Source: Prorocentrum cordatum (taxonomy: Eukaryota). Taken from it: a stretch of DNA of 53,965 nt. The DNA lies in assembly GCA_963575745.1 (NCBI GenBank), contig CAUYUJ010000278.1, forward strand, positions 62,001-115,965, given 5' to 3'. The position numbers and the translations under genes were made by a program. The notes beneath the pieces are model-generated. The model did not search any database. It was not told the origin of the DNA and saw nothing but the letters and a program-made list of their open reading frames with translations. Of the stretch, positions 36,926 through 49,572 are shown one piece after another; position 1 is the first letter of the stretch, and every line of letters begins with the position of its first letter.

Positions 36926-37667
36926 TCCTCCTCCTCCTCCTCCTCCTCCTCCTTTCGTCCCGGGTAGTTTTTGACGAACCCGCGGCCCGGCGAGGGCCCC
37001 CAGAGCACAACTCGGCACGAACGGAATGGGTACGGAAAGAATGGGCCAATACCCAACAGCAGTTCTTGTTCATTTTGAACAGGACTCGCTGTCCACGCCG
37101 CCGCGGCCTGTGTCCATTCGAGACAGAGAGTGCCGCCTGCCCAACAGCGGCCGCTGTTGGTTTGGGGCAACATGTGTTCTTGGGCATTGTACCCAATTTT
37201 TTCCGTACCCATTTCGGGCGTCCAAACAGTTGAGTTGATCGAGGTGCACCAGCACCAGCAGCACCATCAGGAGGGGGAAACACACACAGAGACACAATGA
37301 ATCGTCGATCTCCAGGAAAACAGGGGGAAACTGTGGGACGTGGGGGGGGGAAGACTAACACCCAGAACGTATGGGAAAACATGGGGAATCCTTGTATCTG
37401 TGTGTACTTATTTGTGTGTGTGTGTGTGTGTGTGTGTCCCAAGGTCCCTTTCACACCAGCAGCACCAGCAGGAGCAGCGGCAAGCAGTGCCGCCCGTCGT
37501 CGACCAGACGCGCGGGGGCTGCGGCCGACGGCCGAGCGCGCGTCCACGGCGCCTCGCGAGGAGGAGGCTGATGGACGATCGCAAGCCCTGGACGCACCGG
37601 CGCCCCTGCAGCACGCCCTCTTGTTCCAAGCTCATCCCCGCTAGCCTTGGGTCGAGCCTGTCCCTCT

Positions 37668-37853
37668 CCCAGACCTCCTGGCGTCGTGAAAAAATCACGA
37701 CGGGAGGTTTTTCGCTATTTTCGGCCTCTGGGGGCCCTCACCAGGCCTCGGGAGCGTCAAGAAACGATTCAGGACGAAGAACCGGTCCAGGGGAAGGGGT
37801 CCAGACCTCTGGGGGTCGACGTTATGAAAAAATCACGACGTCGGGGGTCTGGG
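37668..37853 (-). mobile_element. 186-bp MITE (CCCAGACC...GGTCTGGG)
   Basis: ~22-bp imperfect TIRs, flanked by CT/CT. Confidence 0.8.
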
Positions 37854-37964
37854 CTACAGGAGGAATATTCAAACATATTAAAACATTACTCACTGCGTGG
37901 AGCTCCCCATATGCGCATCTCATGTTTTGTGTCATGCCATAGTGAGCGTCTGTGCATGAGCGTC

Positions 37965-38697
37965 CTGCACCCTGGCGGCTCCCCTGAGGGGTGCTGAAAC
38001 CAGCGCCCCGCCTGAGACATCCTCACAATCTCCTCTGAAAGCAAAGGATGTTGGGCATGAAAACTAGCAAGCCGCCTGAGACATCCCCACAAACTGGCCG
38101 CGAACGGGCCCGTGAGAGCACCCCTGGCGGCTCCCCTAAGGGGTGCTGAAACCAGCGCCCCGCCTGAGACATCTTCACAATCTGCTTTGAAAGCAAAAGA
38201 TGTTGGGCATGAAAACGAGCAAACCGCCTGAGACATCCCCACCAGCGCCCCGCCTGAGACATCCTCACAATCTGCTCTGAAAGCAAAGGATGTTGGGCAT
38301 GAAAACGAGCAAACCGCCTGAGACATCCCCAGAAACTGGCCGCGAACGGGCTTCCCTTAGGGGTGCTGAAGCCAGCGCCCCGCCTGAGACATCCTCACAA
38401 TCTGCTCTGAAAGCAAAGGATGTTGGGCATGAAGACGAGCAAACCGCCTGAGACATCCCCGCAAACTGGCCGCGAACGGGCCCGTGAGAACACCCCTGGC
38501 GGCTCCCCTGAGGAGCGGTGAAGTCAGCGCCCCGCCTGAGACATCCTCACAATCTGCTTTGAAAGCAAAGGATGTTGGGCATGAAGACGAGCAAACCGCC
38601 TGAGACATCCCCACAAACTGTCCGCGAACGGGCCCGTGTCGGCTCCCCTGAGGGGTGCTGAAACCAGCGCCCCGCCTGAGACATTCTCACAATCTGC
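37965..38697. repeat. Irregular ~90-150-bp tandem repeats
   Basis: Recurring CCAGCGCCCCGCCTGAGACATCCTCACAATC...GATGTTGGGCATGAA. Confidence 0.88.
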
Positions 38698-38707
38698 CTA
38701 TGAGAAG

Positions 38708-39003
38708 GTCTGAGTATGTGTAGGTCTGAGTATGAGTAAGTCTGTATATGAATACGTCTGGGTATGAGTAAGTCTGAGCATGAGTAAGTCTGTGTATGAG
38801 TAAGTCTGTGTATGTGTACGTCTGGGTATGAGTAAGTCTGAGTATGAGTACGTCTGAGTATGAGTAAGTCTGAGTATGAGTAAGTCTGTGTAGGAGTAAG
38901 TCTGGGTATGAATATGTCTGAGTATGAGTAAGTCTGTGTATGGGTACGTCTGGGCATGAGTAAGTCTTAGTATGAGTAAGTCCGTGCATGAGTAAGTCTG
39001 TGT
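38708..39003. repeat. 16-bp minisatellite (GTCTGAGTATGAGTAA)n
   Basis: About 18 copies, read directly. Confidence 0.92.
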
Positions 39004-39617
39004 TCTGGGTGTGTTCTTCTTCTCTGGAGTCGTCGGCGTCCAGAAATAACAAGAACCCCATCTTAGGATCTGGGGAAAAATAGTCCGGGGACGATTTTTT
39101 GACCATTTCTGACCATTGCGAAGCATTTTTTCCAAACGTTTTATGTATCGTCGAACATTTGCTTGTAAGGGGACGTTCCCGACTTAACGCCAGCCTCGCG
39201 CAAGTTGTCTTGTCCACCTGCGGGAGGCGCCCTCGAGGAACGGCGAGCGCCCACCTGGGCCCCGCCACGCTGGCGAGACCCCGCTCGGCAACGGATTCTC
39301 GGCGTCGCCGAAGCGAAGGCTCCAGAAAGCTCTGGCAGCAAGGGCCGGCAAGAATAACTACGACTCCTTGCAGTATCGTTTAACCGGCCCCCATCCCCAT
39401 ACCCATCCCCTTCGAGACCCCCACCAAATTACCACCCCAGTTGGGTATATACCCTTCGGAACCCGATGGGGAAGGGCATCTGTCCCAATCTGAGGAGGTT
39501 GAATCGGCGAGTGGGGCCTAGGCCGCGCCGCTGGGGATGTGGGTCGGGTGAACGGTTCTCGGTTCCCCATCCGTCCTCCTCGGATGCAAGACGCGCCACA
39601 GGAACGACGTGGAAGTC

Positions 39618-39778
39618 TTAAGTCGGGCCCGTCCCTCTGCAGGAGGAATATTCAGAAATAGTCCAACAATAGTATGGGGACGATTTGTTGGACTATTTCT
39701 GCCCATTTGGGAAGTATTTTTCTAGTATGTTTCATTTTTCGCTCAAAATCACCCTGTAGGGGGACACGCCCGACTTAA
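39618..39778. mobile_element. 161-bp MITE with 26-bp TIRs and 11-bp target-site duplication
   Basis: Ends TTAAGTCGGGCCCGTCCCTCTGCAGG and CCTGTAGGGGGACACGCCCGACTTAA. ACGTGGAAGTC at 39607-39617 and 39779-39789. Confidence 0.82.
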
Positions 39779-39877
39779 ACGTGGAAGTCCAAGGGGGGGC
39801 CTCCAGGGATCGCTTGCTTTCGAAATTCGGTGCCCCCCAGCTATCCACACGGTGCACAGGCTGAAAGCCATGGCCCT

Positions 39878-40116
39878 AGGCCTCCTGGATGGGGTCGGAG
39901 TAGATGGGGTCGGAGGATCGCGCCGCATCGCCGATGCATCGACGATGCATCGGCGATGCGGCTCGATGTGGGGCCCTATTTTTTCCGCGCCGACGTCGTG
40001 GATGCCCCGCCGACGTCGCCAGTGCATGGCCGATGCGTCGGCGATGCATCGGCGATGCATCGGCGATGCGGCGCGATCCTCCGACCCCATCTACTCGGAC
40101 CCCATCTATGAGGCCT
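39878..40116. repeat. Foldback inverted repeat with ~80-bp arms
   Basis: AGGCCTC..GATGGGGTCGGAGTAGATGGGGTCGGAGGATCGCGCCGCATCG... mirrored at ~40035-40116. Confidence 0.88.
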
Positions 40117-41575
40117 CTGATGGTCATAGCGGCGTGACCCTCACTCTGGAGAGGGGCCGGCCTCCGCCCGTGTAGCCGCTGCGCGGTTTAGAGATTTCGG
40201 GCCGCGGAGCGCGAGGAGGTCTCCGTTGATACCCGCACTGGGAAACGATGACCTCCGTCCCAACGCGACATGGTTTCCCAACGCGGAGTTCGAGACAATG
40301 GGGGTACAAGGAAGTTCGAGGAAGTGTTAGCTTGACGGTGCAACGACGGAGCTCAAAGAAGTGTACAGCGATAGCCCCGCTTCGGCGGAAAAATTGAACA
40401 AATCGTTGATCTCGGCCCGTGTGCATTTGCACACAAGTTCGAAGCATTGGTCGCAAATTCTCCTCAAGTTTCAAGCGAAGGACCCAGTTTGAAAATGAAC
40501 CAGCCTCCACGCGTGCAATGTTTGCACAATTCGGATTTTCGGATCATGGAATTTGACGAAATGCCAAGAGAGAACCGCAGTCTGAGAATGTGCAAGCCTC
40601 CATCTTTGTAGTATAAAACGTATCAGACGACTGTGCGGGGCGTTGGCGCGAAAGCTGCATTTTGAGAACCAGTGGCTTTCCTTCGTTGCAGCCGCTGGAA
40701 ATTAGAAACAGGACGCGCGCTATTCTGAAACGAGAGCCGCATACTTGATGCCACCGGCCCTGTATCTTTGCAGTTGCTGGGAAATGTCAGACGCTTCGCG
40801 TAGTCTAGACGCACGGGCCAGGGTTGAAGGTCTCCATCACCTGCTCGCTGGAGGCCGAGGAGGAGGACGACACCGACCCGGCCCGAGCCAAGGCCCATCG
40901 AGGTCCCATCCGCTGCTTAACGACTATTGGCGTGACTTCGCAACCACCGATGGCAAAGACGTAGCGCACCCGGATGACCCAGCGAACTGGGCACAGTCCC
41001 AACTACGGTCCCTCCGCACGCGAATCTACGGCACACGGGCCCCATTTGCTGACCTCACCGAGGACTTCTCTGCCCTGGCCCTCAGTCCCAGGCAACTTGT
41101 GGCCCTTGGAGCCTGTTCGTCAGCGGTGCACTGCAAAAAAAAAAAACCTCACCAAGGACTTCCACTGGCAGGGGAAGCGGCCATCTGCCGCACGGGCGGT
41201 CGTCGGGCTCTGTGTGCTATCCCGGGACACCAGTGACATGGACAGGTGGCTTCTCCACTCCTTGTGGCCCCCGCGCGGCCCGTCCCCCCTCCGGCACACG
41301 GTTGAAACGCTGGCCGTACTCCTGGCGCAGATCAGCCCGGACAAACTTGCACCCGGCACCCTGATGCATCTCACTACGGAGATCCCCATGCGAGACCTTC
41401 GGAAGATGTGCGTGCAGTCCCACATCGCCTTCAGCGGCAAGATCGATACGGGCGAGGTTCGGGGCCGCGTCGTGGGTCTTCCCCACGGCGCCGCCAATCC
41501 CCCGGAAGGGTTTCAATACCGCCGGTCCCCCTCACCTGGTCCAGACTGGGACGAGGCCGCGCGCCCTTCCCCCAC

Positions 41576-41761
41576 CCCAGACCCCCGACGTCGTGATTTT
41601 TTCACAACGTCGACCCCCAGAGGTCTGGACCCTTTCCCCGGCACCGGCTTTTCGTCCCGAGTCGTTTTTTGACGCTCCCGAGGCCCGGCGAGGGCCCCCA
41701 GAGGCCGAAAGTCGCGAAAAACCTCCCGTCGTGATTTTTTCACGACGCCAGGAGGTCTGGG
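41576..41761 (+). mobile_element. 186-bp MITE
   Basis: Full-length copy of the same family. Confidence 0.8.
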
Positions 41762-42437
41762 GAGGCCGCGCGCCCCTCCCCCAGCCTTTCCCCGCGCAGT
41801 CCCACTTGCCGACCCTGAAAGACATCGACGACGACCAGCAGGGGAAGGAGGAGGAGGAGGAGGAGGAGGAGGCGGAGATGAGAAGCAGGAGGAGGAGGAG
41901 GAGGAGGAGGAGGAGGAGGGGCGGAGAGAGAAGGCAGGAGGAGGAGGAGGAGGAGGAGGAGAGGAGGAGGAGGAGGACCCACGCGCCAGCCCTGCCCGCC
42001 GCGGGCGGCCCCCGCCCACAGATCCCGCGAGGCCCGCGCAGGAGGCCCAGCGCCCGAGGCGCGGGCCTCCGGCCCAGGCAGGGGCCCGTGCGGAGAGGCC
42101 CTCACGCGGGGAGGGGCAGAGGGGACCATGACTCCCCCGCCCCCCTCCTCCGCATCCTCAGTCTCCCTCCTCACTGCTCCCTCCGCCTCCTCCTCCTCCT
42201 CCCCCTCCTCCTCCGCCTCCTCCTCCTCCTCCCTACTCCTCCTGCCTCCGCCTCCTCCGCCTCCGCTCCTTCTACCGCCTCCTCTCCCTCATCCTCCTCC
42301 GCCTCATCCTCCGCTCCTACTCCTCCTCATCCTCCTCATCCCCGCCTCCTGGCTCTCCTCCTCCTCCTCCTCCTCCCTCCTCCCACCCTCCCGCCTCCCT
42401 CCTCCTCCTCCTCCTCCCTCCTCACTCCCTCCCCTCC

Positions 42438-42877
42438 ACCAGACCCCCGACGTCGTGATTTTTTCACAACGTCGACCCCCATTTTTACACGTCGGACCCC
42501 TTCCCCGGGGGCCGGTTCTTCGTCCTGAGTCGTTTTTTGACGGGCCCGAGGCCCGGCGAGGGCCCCCGGAGGCGCAGAAAATAGGAGAAAAAAACCTCCC
42601 GTCGTGATTTTTTCACGGACGCGAGGAGGTCTGGGTTTGCGGTGAATGATGCACTCAGGCTCGGGACCCGGTGGAAGCGGGCGCGCGCGGCCGCCCAGGG
42701 GCAGGGGTGAATTTTTGGCACGACGTCGACCCCCAGAGGTCTGGACCCCTTCCCCGGGGCCGGTTCTTCGTCCCGAGTCGTTTTTCGACGGCCCCGAGGC
42801 CCGGCGAGGGCCCCGAGAGGGGCGAACATAGGGAAAAACCTCCCGGCGTGATTTTCTCACGACGCGAGGAGGTCGGG
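42438..42877 (+). mobile_element. Two adjacent 186-bp MITE copies (42438-42635, and left-degenerate ~42706-42877)
   Basis: Visual alignment to the family. Confidence 0.72.
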
Positions 42878-43116
42878 GGTTGGCCCTCCTGGCGGGGCAT
42901 TCTTCGGGGCCCGGCCGCCAGCCGACGCCGACGCGACCGGGCGGGCCTCGGCGGCCCGCCGCGCGGCCCGCCTGCCCTCGCACGCTCTCCGCGGTCGCGC
43001 CAACGCCGCCTCGCACACGCGCCCGGCGGGGGCTCGCGGCCCGCCCGGGGCTCTCTAGGGCCCCCCCCCCTTGGGGCTTCCCTTGCGGCGCCTCTCCCTT
43101 GGATGGCTACCGCCTC

Positions 43117-43302
43117 CCCAGACCCCCCCGCGTCGTGAAAAAATCACGACGGGAGGTTTTTCGCTATTTTCGGCCTCCGGGGGCCCTCCCCGGGCCTCGG
43201 GAGCGTCGAAAAACGACTCGGGACGAAGAACCGGCCCCGGGGAAGGGGTCCAGACCTCTGGGGGTCGGCGTCGTGAAAAAATCACGACGTCGGGGGTCTG
43301 GG
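43117..43302 (-). mobile_element. 186-bp MITE
   Basis: Full-length copy. Confidence 0.8.
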
Positions 43303-44264
43303 TTAGGCGCCAGGGGTCAGGCCCCCGGCGGCCCTCTGCATTGCTGGCGCCGTCACGGCGCCACTTTGCAGCGTCGCGCTGCCCTGCCCCAGCTGCTGTC
43401 GGCTGCACCCTGCCAGCCCACGAGGCCCCTTCGCTCCTGGCCGTCTACGGGCCTCCGCGCCCGCCTCCTGTCCCAGGCGTTGCCTCCCCCCTCCCCCCCC
43501 TGCGGTGCCCTCCCCGTTTGCGTCTAGCTGTCTCAGGAGGAAAAGAAACACACAGACACAATTAATCCTCGATTCCCCAGAAAATATGGGAAAATATGGG
43601 AAGTGGTTGGGAAGACAGAAGCCCAGAAAATATAGGAAAATATGGGGAATATTTTTATTTGTGTGTATTTATTTGTGTGTCCTGGGGCCCCTTCACTGTC
43701 GTGGCTCAGCAGTTGTGCCCCTTTCCATGTCCGAAGGCGCCTGCGCGGCGCAAGAGGAGCGGGCATTGCCCAATCGTGGTCAAGAAGGCTAAACAGGAGG
43801 TGGCAGAGCGCCAGCAGCTCTTCCCCACGTGGGGCGCGCTAGTACCCCTTGGCCACACATCGACGCTGCAATACAACAGAGCGGGTGCTCTCTCATTGAA
43901 GTCCCAGAGATGGTCGCAGCTACGGTCGAGCTTCCGCGGAAGGCGCTACTACCAGGTAAGGTGGTTCTCCGTGGGCGTCGCTTCGCAGTGCGAGGGCCTG
44001 CGCGTGGGCTACGGCGGCAGGCGCAACCTTTGGAAAGAGGTAGTCGGCTCGCAGCGGCTGGCTAGCACGGAGGGGTGATCCCCACCCTCCCCGTCCCTCG
44101 ACCTAGGCAGCCCCCAGCTGCCCCCCGCCTGCCCCCCTGTCTGTTTGCTGCACCTCATTCGAGGTTCTGCACGCTGCGTGCGAAGCCCCTCCCTCTGGCC
44201 GGCGGCCGATGGTTGGATCCGATAGCGCAACAACGCCCACGCATTCCATTCTCGATCTTCCTAC

Positions 44265-45352
44265 GATTGTCAGCTGCACCCTACCAGGGCCACCCCATTC
44301 CTTTGCGGCGGTCAGCTGCGCCCTACCAGAGACATGGCGCAGCGCAGGCGGATTGACCCCTCTCCGCTCTGCGGCTGCCGGTGCTATCCGGACGAGACAG
44401 CAGTGTGACTGGGCCCAATGCCAGTCATTCTTCGGCTGTCATCTGCACCCTACCAGTGCATGTCCCATCCTGTTGCGGCTGTCAGCTGCACCCTGCCAGC
44501 GAATCGGTTCCGCAGGTGGAGTGACCCCCCCATCCTGCGGCTGACGGTTGGACCCCAAGGAACCTGTGCGCTGGCTGTGCCCAATGCCAGCGCAGCATTG
44601 CCTCAGGCGAAACCCATTCTTTGTTCTGCAGCTGTCAGCTGCACCCGACCAGAACAATCCCCACCTTGCTGCGGCTGTCAGCTGCGCCCTACCTGCGGCC
44701 CGGCACTGCAGGAAGAGTGACCCCCTCTCGGCGGACGCGGTGGCTCGTGCTGGACTGCGCGGTGACCCGGGCGGCCCAATGCCAGCGCAGCAACTTGTCT
44801 CAGGCGCGACCCCTCACGATCCTTTGCGGCTGTCAGCTGCGCCCTACCAGAGCAAGTCCCATCCTTCTGCAGCTGTCAGCTGCACCCTACCAGCAAACCG
44901 GCGCGGCAGGTGGAGTGCCCCCCCCCTCCACGCTGCGGCTGACGTTCGGGCGCGGACTGGACCGCGGGGTGTGGCCCAGGCTGTCCCGTGCCGGCGCAGC
45001 ACTATGTCTCAGGCGGGCCCTTTCTCTTCCTTTCCGCAGCTGTCAGCTGCACCCTACCAGCGCAAGTTCCATCTTGCTGCGGCTGTCAGCTGCAGGGGGA
45101 GGAGGAGGAGGAGGAGGAGGAGGAGGAGGAGGAGGAGGAGGAGGAGGAGGAGGAGGAGGAGGCGGAGGCGGAGGAGGAGGACGAGGACCCTGCCAGCGAA
45201 CCAGCTGCAGGCGGAGTGGTCCCCCATCCGTCCTGCGGCTGACGCTCGGGTGCGCTCTGGGCAGCGGAGCGGCCGGCGTCCACTGCCAGCGCAGCCGCGT
45301 GCAGGCGGAGCCCCGACACTTTCTTCTGCGGCCGTCAGCTGCGCCCTACCAG
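44265..45352. repeat. Degenerate ~200-bp tandem repeat with doublets of GCGGCTGTCAGCTGCRCCCTACCAG
   Basis: Motif pairs at ~44267, 44433, 44627, 44826 and 45035; single motif at ~45328. Confidence 0.8.
45097..45187. repeat. (GGA)n microsatellite
   Basis: Similar GGA/TCC tracts at ~36926, 41845, 42150, 46307, 47934, 48130, 49068, 50096, 51635, 53439 and 53742. Confidence 0.95.
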
Positions 45353-45388
45353 ATCGTACGCCCGTCACATGCTTCGTGGTCCCCCATC

Positions 45389-45574
45389 CCCAGACCTCCT
45401 GGCGTCGTGGAAAAATCACAACGGGAGGTTTTTCGCTATTTTCGGCCTCCGGGGGCCCTCACCGGGCCTCGGGAGCGTCAAAAAACGACTCAGGACGAAG
45501 AACCGGTCCCGGGGAAGGGGTCCAGACCTCTGGGGGTCGACGTTGTGAAAAAATCACGACGTCGGGGGTCTGGG
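45389..45574 (-). mobile_element. 186-bp MITE
   Basis: Full-length copy flanked by TC/TC. Confidence 0.8.
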
Positions 45575-48500
45575 TCTGCAGGAACTGGTTCCTAGCGCGC
45601 CCGCGCCCACCCCATGCGGACCGTTGGCTACCGTCGGCGTGCCCCCGCACTGTGTCGCACACGCGGCGGGTTGACGTCCATCTCCCTGGCTGGGCTGATT
45701 TCTCACTGTCGCCATTGGGCTACCCTTCCAGTTCTTCTCCTCGTCGCACGTGCGGCGTGCTAGCTCCCCTGATGGCTCCTGGAGGGCGTTACCATCCGGC
45801 TCATTCTGTGGCCCTGGAGACGGCTTGCTGGATTGTATGTCACGTGCGCTTGGTGTGCGCTTGTGGTTCCTCGACCCCCTCGGTACCTCATGTCCCTGCT
45901 CTTCGGCAAGATACTTCGGCCTCTTGGACGCTTGTGCCGGATCCCCTGCGCGCCGGCCGTCTCTTCCTCTTCTCTCTCGTCCCTCGTTCTTGCCTGGTCC
46001 CCTGCGCGCCCGCCTCCTTTTCCGTATTTTTCGCCTTATTCCTCTATCCTCGTTCGCCCCAGCCTCCGCGTTGCCGCTGTGCATCGCTTGTCAATGTTCC
46101 CGCGTGTCGCCAGCGACAGATGCGCTGTGCCTGACCCTCACTTACGTTTTTTCCGCTGATCGACCCTGTTGACGGTGCGCGGCCTCTTCCGCGTCACTCA
46201 CAAACGAAAAGTATCCCCCACCAGCCCACCCAGAAACGATGCCCAGGAAAACTGAAATAATCAAAAAAGTGCGGGGGTTAAGAGGGGGACGGCCGAACCG
46301 TGCGAAGGAGGGAGGAGGAGGAGGAGGAGGAGGAGGAGGAGGAGGAGGAGGAGGAGGAGGAGGAGGAGGGGGCTGGATGGATGGATGAGGGGGTGGGGAG
46401 AAGAGGATGGATAGGATGAGGAGGAGGATAAGGAGGGGAGGAGGATGAGGGGGTGGGGAGAAGAGGATGGATAGGATGAGGAGGAGGATAAGGAGGGGAG
46501 GAGGAGGAGGAAGAGGAGGAAGAGAAGGAGTAGGAGGAGGAAGGAGAAGCCGGAGGAGGAGGGCAAGCTAAAGGGCCAAAGGTCTCCTCTGGATGCCTCG
46601 CGGAGCCTCCTGGGATATCTCTTGGGCGCTTTTTGGTGGATTTTTGAGACGTTTTGGGGGGGTCTCTTGGCGGTCCTGGGGTGGGGTGCTCTTGGGCATC
46701 TTGGGTGCCGCGGGGGGGCCTCTTGGTGCCGGTTGGGGCCCGCTTGGGGGCCTCCTCGCCGATGCCGTTTTGGATGGGTCGCGGCACCGCCCGTCCAGGT
46801 CCAGGGGAGGGGGTATGGGGGAGGGGTCAAGACATTCACCCGCCCGCAAGCCGTCTAGCTCATTCCCACCCACTCTCCCTGCGCGAAGTAACGCCTGAGC
46901 CTGAGCATGTTCAGCGGCCGTCTTTGGACGAACAGCTACTGGGAAACAAAACCGACCCCAAGTGCGCGACGTTTGGGCGAGGTGCGCCACGCGCGCCAGG
47001 CACACGTGGATCCGAGCGTGCCAGGCACGCCTGGTGCGCCAGATGCGCCGCGTGCTCCGAGTGCGCCAGGTATGCCGCACACTCCACACGCGCCAGGTGC
47101 GCCGCGTTCGGGGCACGTGCAGAGTGCGCCAGGTGCGCCTGCGAACGTGACAGCACACATCGGGAAACAGGCCGGCCCCCGCCATCCTCGTCGAAAACCG
47201 ATGCCCATCATTGTGTTTGCTGGGCCTGCGCACAGCAGCCCACGCGCCATCACCCCCGCCGTCCCTGTCAAAAACCGCTCCATAGTGATCGCGGGATGGC
47301 CGCGCACGATCCAGATTTAGCCGCGTGGTGCATGTCGTATTGTTTTTTGTCACGGATGGCAACCCTGCGCATAGCAGGGAATACGTATGCTGACACCCCC
47401 GCCGTCCTTGTCAAAAACAAGACGACATGTTCGCGGGCCTCACGAACATGACTCAGGAAGTTTGTCCCATAATGTATTTAGCATTGATTTTTGACAGGGG
47501 TGGGGGGAGGGGCGCATCGGATTGGCCGCGAACGCTCCAAACGTGGAGGCAGGGTGCGGTTGATTTTCTTGTTTGACAGGGATGGCGGGGGGCGGGGGGG
47601 CATGGTGTCGGCATGGTGCCTGGTTGGCCCCGGGTCGCCTGGGGAGGGGTGCATATTAATAAGCAACAGTGGTAAACCTCCCCGAAGGGGAAAAAGGGGA
47701 TTGGAAGGGGAGCCTCCCTAGACCACCTACGCCCGGAGGGCTGGTGGGATTCAATGCGCGTGGCGCGGAGGCAAAATCCGCAGTTGAAACTAGCCCCCCA
47801 TCCTTGTAATTGTTGGGAGCGTTTGACATGAATATGCGCTGCGGTAAAGCGACACCCGAGTTCGAAAGCCAGCAGCCTTCCATCCTTGTGTTTGTTGGAT
47901 TGTCTCCCACGTGCAACGCGGCACTCCCACCGGGAGGAGGAGGAGGAGGAGGAGGAGGAGGAGGAGGAGGAGGAGGAGGAGGAGGAGGCGGAGGAGGAGG
48001 AGGAGGAGGAGGAGGTGGAGGTTGGACCTACTGGTTCAGGCTCGCCCTCCCGCGTGCAACGCGGCACCTGGGAGGGGCAGGGCGTCGCTGCGGCAGCTCG
48101 GTCGCGTCCGTTGCTTCGAGGTGTCGAAGAGGAGGGGGAGGAGGAGGGAGGAGGAGGAGGAGGAGGAGGAGGAGGAGGAGGAGGAACATGAGGAGCAGGG
48201 TGGAGGACGGTGATGGTTTCAGACGTTTTTGGCCCGCGGCACGCAGCGACGGAAGGGTGGATCTTGATCGGCTGGACCGCATGTCAGAAACAGCATCCTC
48301 ACAGACGGGACCAAGCCCGGCTACCTGAGTTCGCATGCACAGAAAACGTTTTCTCGGATGCCACGGTCGCCGCTTCTTGATGCGCGGACAGCGGGCGCGA
48401 GGCGCAGTCAGCGACGCCCGGCCGCGATGCCCCTTCAATCGACCCCGACCAGATGGGAAACACGAGAAGGAACACAACCTGGGCGCCGCGAAGCACCAAC

Positions 48501-48667
48501 GGCACGGTATCCGCACGCGCGCTCGCTCTGTCGAGGGGGGGGGGGCGGCCCCCCCGCGAAAGCAGGAAGGCGAGCCCCAGCGCGACGCCCGTCGTCCAGA
48601 CGCCGCGCGGGTGCTGCCGCCGTCGACCGCGCGCGCGCTTCGCGGCGCCCTCGAGGCCCAGGGCGTT

Positions 48668-48852
48668 CCCAGACCCCCGACGTCGTGATTTTTTCACGAC
48701 GTCGACCCCCAGAGGTCTGGACCCCTTCCCCGGGACCGGTTCTTCGTCCCGAGTCGTTTTTTCACGCTCCCGACGCCCGGGAAGAGCCCCCGAGGCCGAA
48801 AATGGCGACAAACCTCCCGCCGTGATTTTTTCACGACGCGAGGAGGTCTGGG
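48668..48852 (+). mobile_element. 186-bp MITE
   Basis: Full-length copy flanked by TT/TT. Confidence 0.8.
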
Positions 48853-49384
48853 TTCGCAGGAAACCCCTTGGGGACCCCTGCGAAGCTGGGCCCACAAAAC
48901 CGGGCCCGGGGCAGAGTGCACCTCGAGCGCCTTCGCGGGCCGCCACTCGCTCCGACCTCGCTCCGAGGCGACGGCGGAGCGAGGCCGGCGCGAAGGCGAG
49001 CGACCGCCCCGTTGGGGGGGAGCCGTGAAGGGGGGGGAGGAGCAGGACGACGGGGGGGCAGGAGGGGCGAGGAGGAGGAGGAGGAGGAGGAGGAGGAGGA
49101 GGAGGAGGAGGAGGAGGAGGAGGAGGAGGAGCGAGGAGGAGCGAGGAGGAGCGAGGAGGAGGAGCGAGGAAGGCGCGAAGGCAACGCGGCTTCGCTCGAG
49201 CCGTGCCAGAAATCGGCCACGCGCAGAGGGGGGCGGGGTGAGGGGGGAAGGCTTCTGAGAAGCGCCCCTGCTTCTCAGGAGGCGCGGGCCTGCTCCATAC
49301 ATGTGAGGCCGGCGCCTTCGAAGAAGCAGCCCCCTTCTAAGAAGCCTTTTCCCCGCCCCTACCCCCCCTCTGCGCGCCGCTAAA

Positions 49385-49572
49385 CCCAGACCCCCTGACG
49401 TAGTGACTTTTTCGCAACGTCGACCCCCAGAGGTCTGGACCCCTTCCCCGGGGCCGGTTCTTCGTCCTGAGTCGTTTTTTGACGCTCCCGAGGCCCGGCG
49501 AGGGCCCCCGGAGGCCGAAAATAGCGAAACACCTCCCGTCGTGATTTTTTCGCGACGCCAGGGATTTCTGGG
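49385..49572 (+). mobile_element. 186-bp MITE
   Basis: Full-length copy flanked by AA/AA. Confidence 0.78.

Larger units (their letters stand above)
37647..39187. mobile_element. Longer member of the 161-bp MITE family, with nested MITE and tandem repeats
   Basis: Right TIR ...TGTAAGGGGACGTTCCCGACTTAA. Left TIR split by the 186-bp MITE. Flanks CGCTAGCC and CGCCAGCC. Confidence 0.55.

Noticed and set aside
40745..41570. ORFs 40745..41236 and 40974..41672 as gene fragments
   Set aside because: No recognisable motif, and the second runs into a MITE. A decayed exon cannot be excluded without a homology search.
43596..44078. 160-aa basic ORF
   Set aside because: Begins in a dispersed repeat shared with ~37270-37450 and has no recognisable domain.
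44265..45352. Recurring 25-bp motif with variable intervening DNA (CRISPR-like look)
   Set aside because: The intervening segments are homologous to each other in a ~200-bp period, and there are no cas genes.
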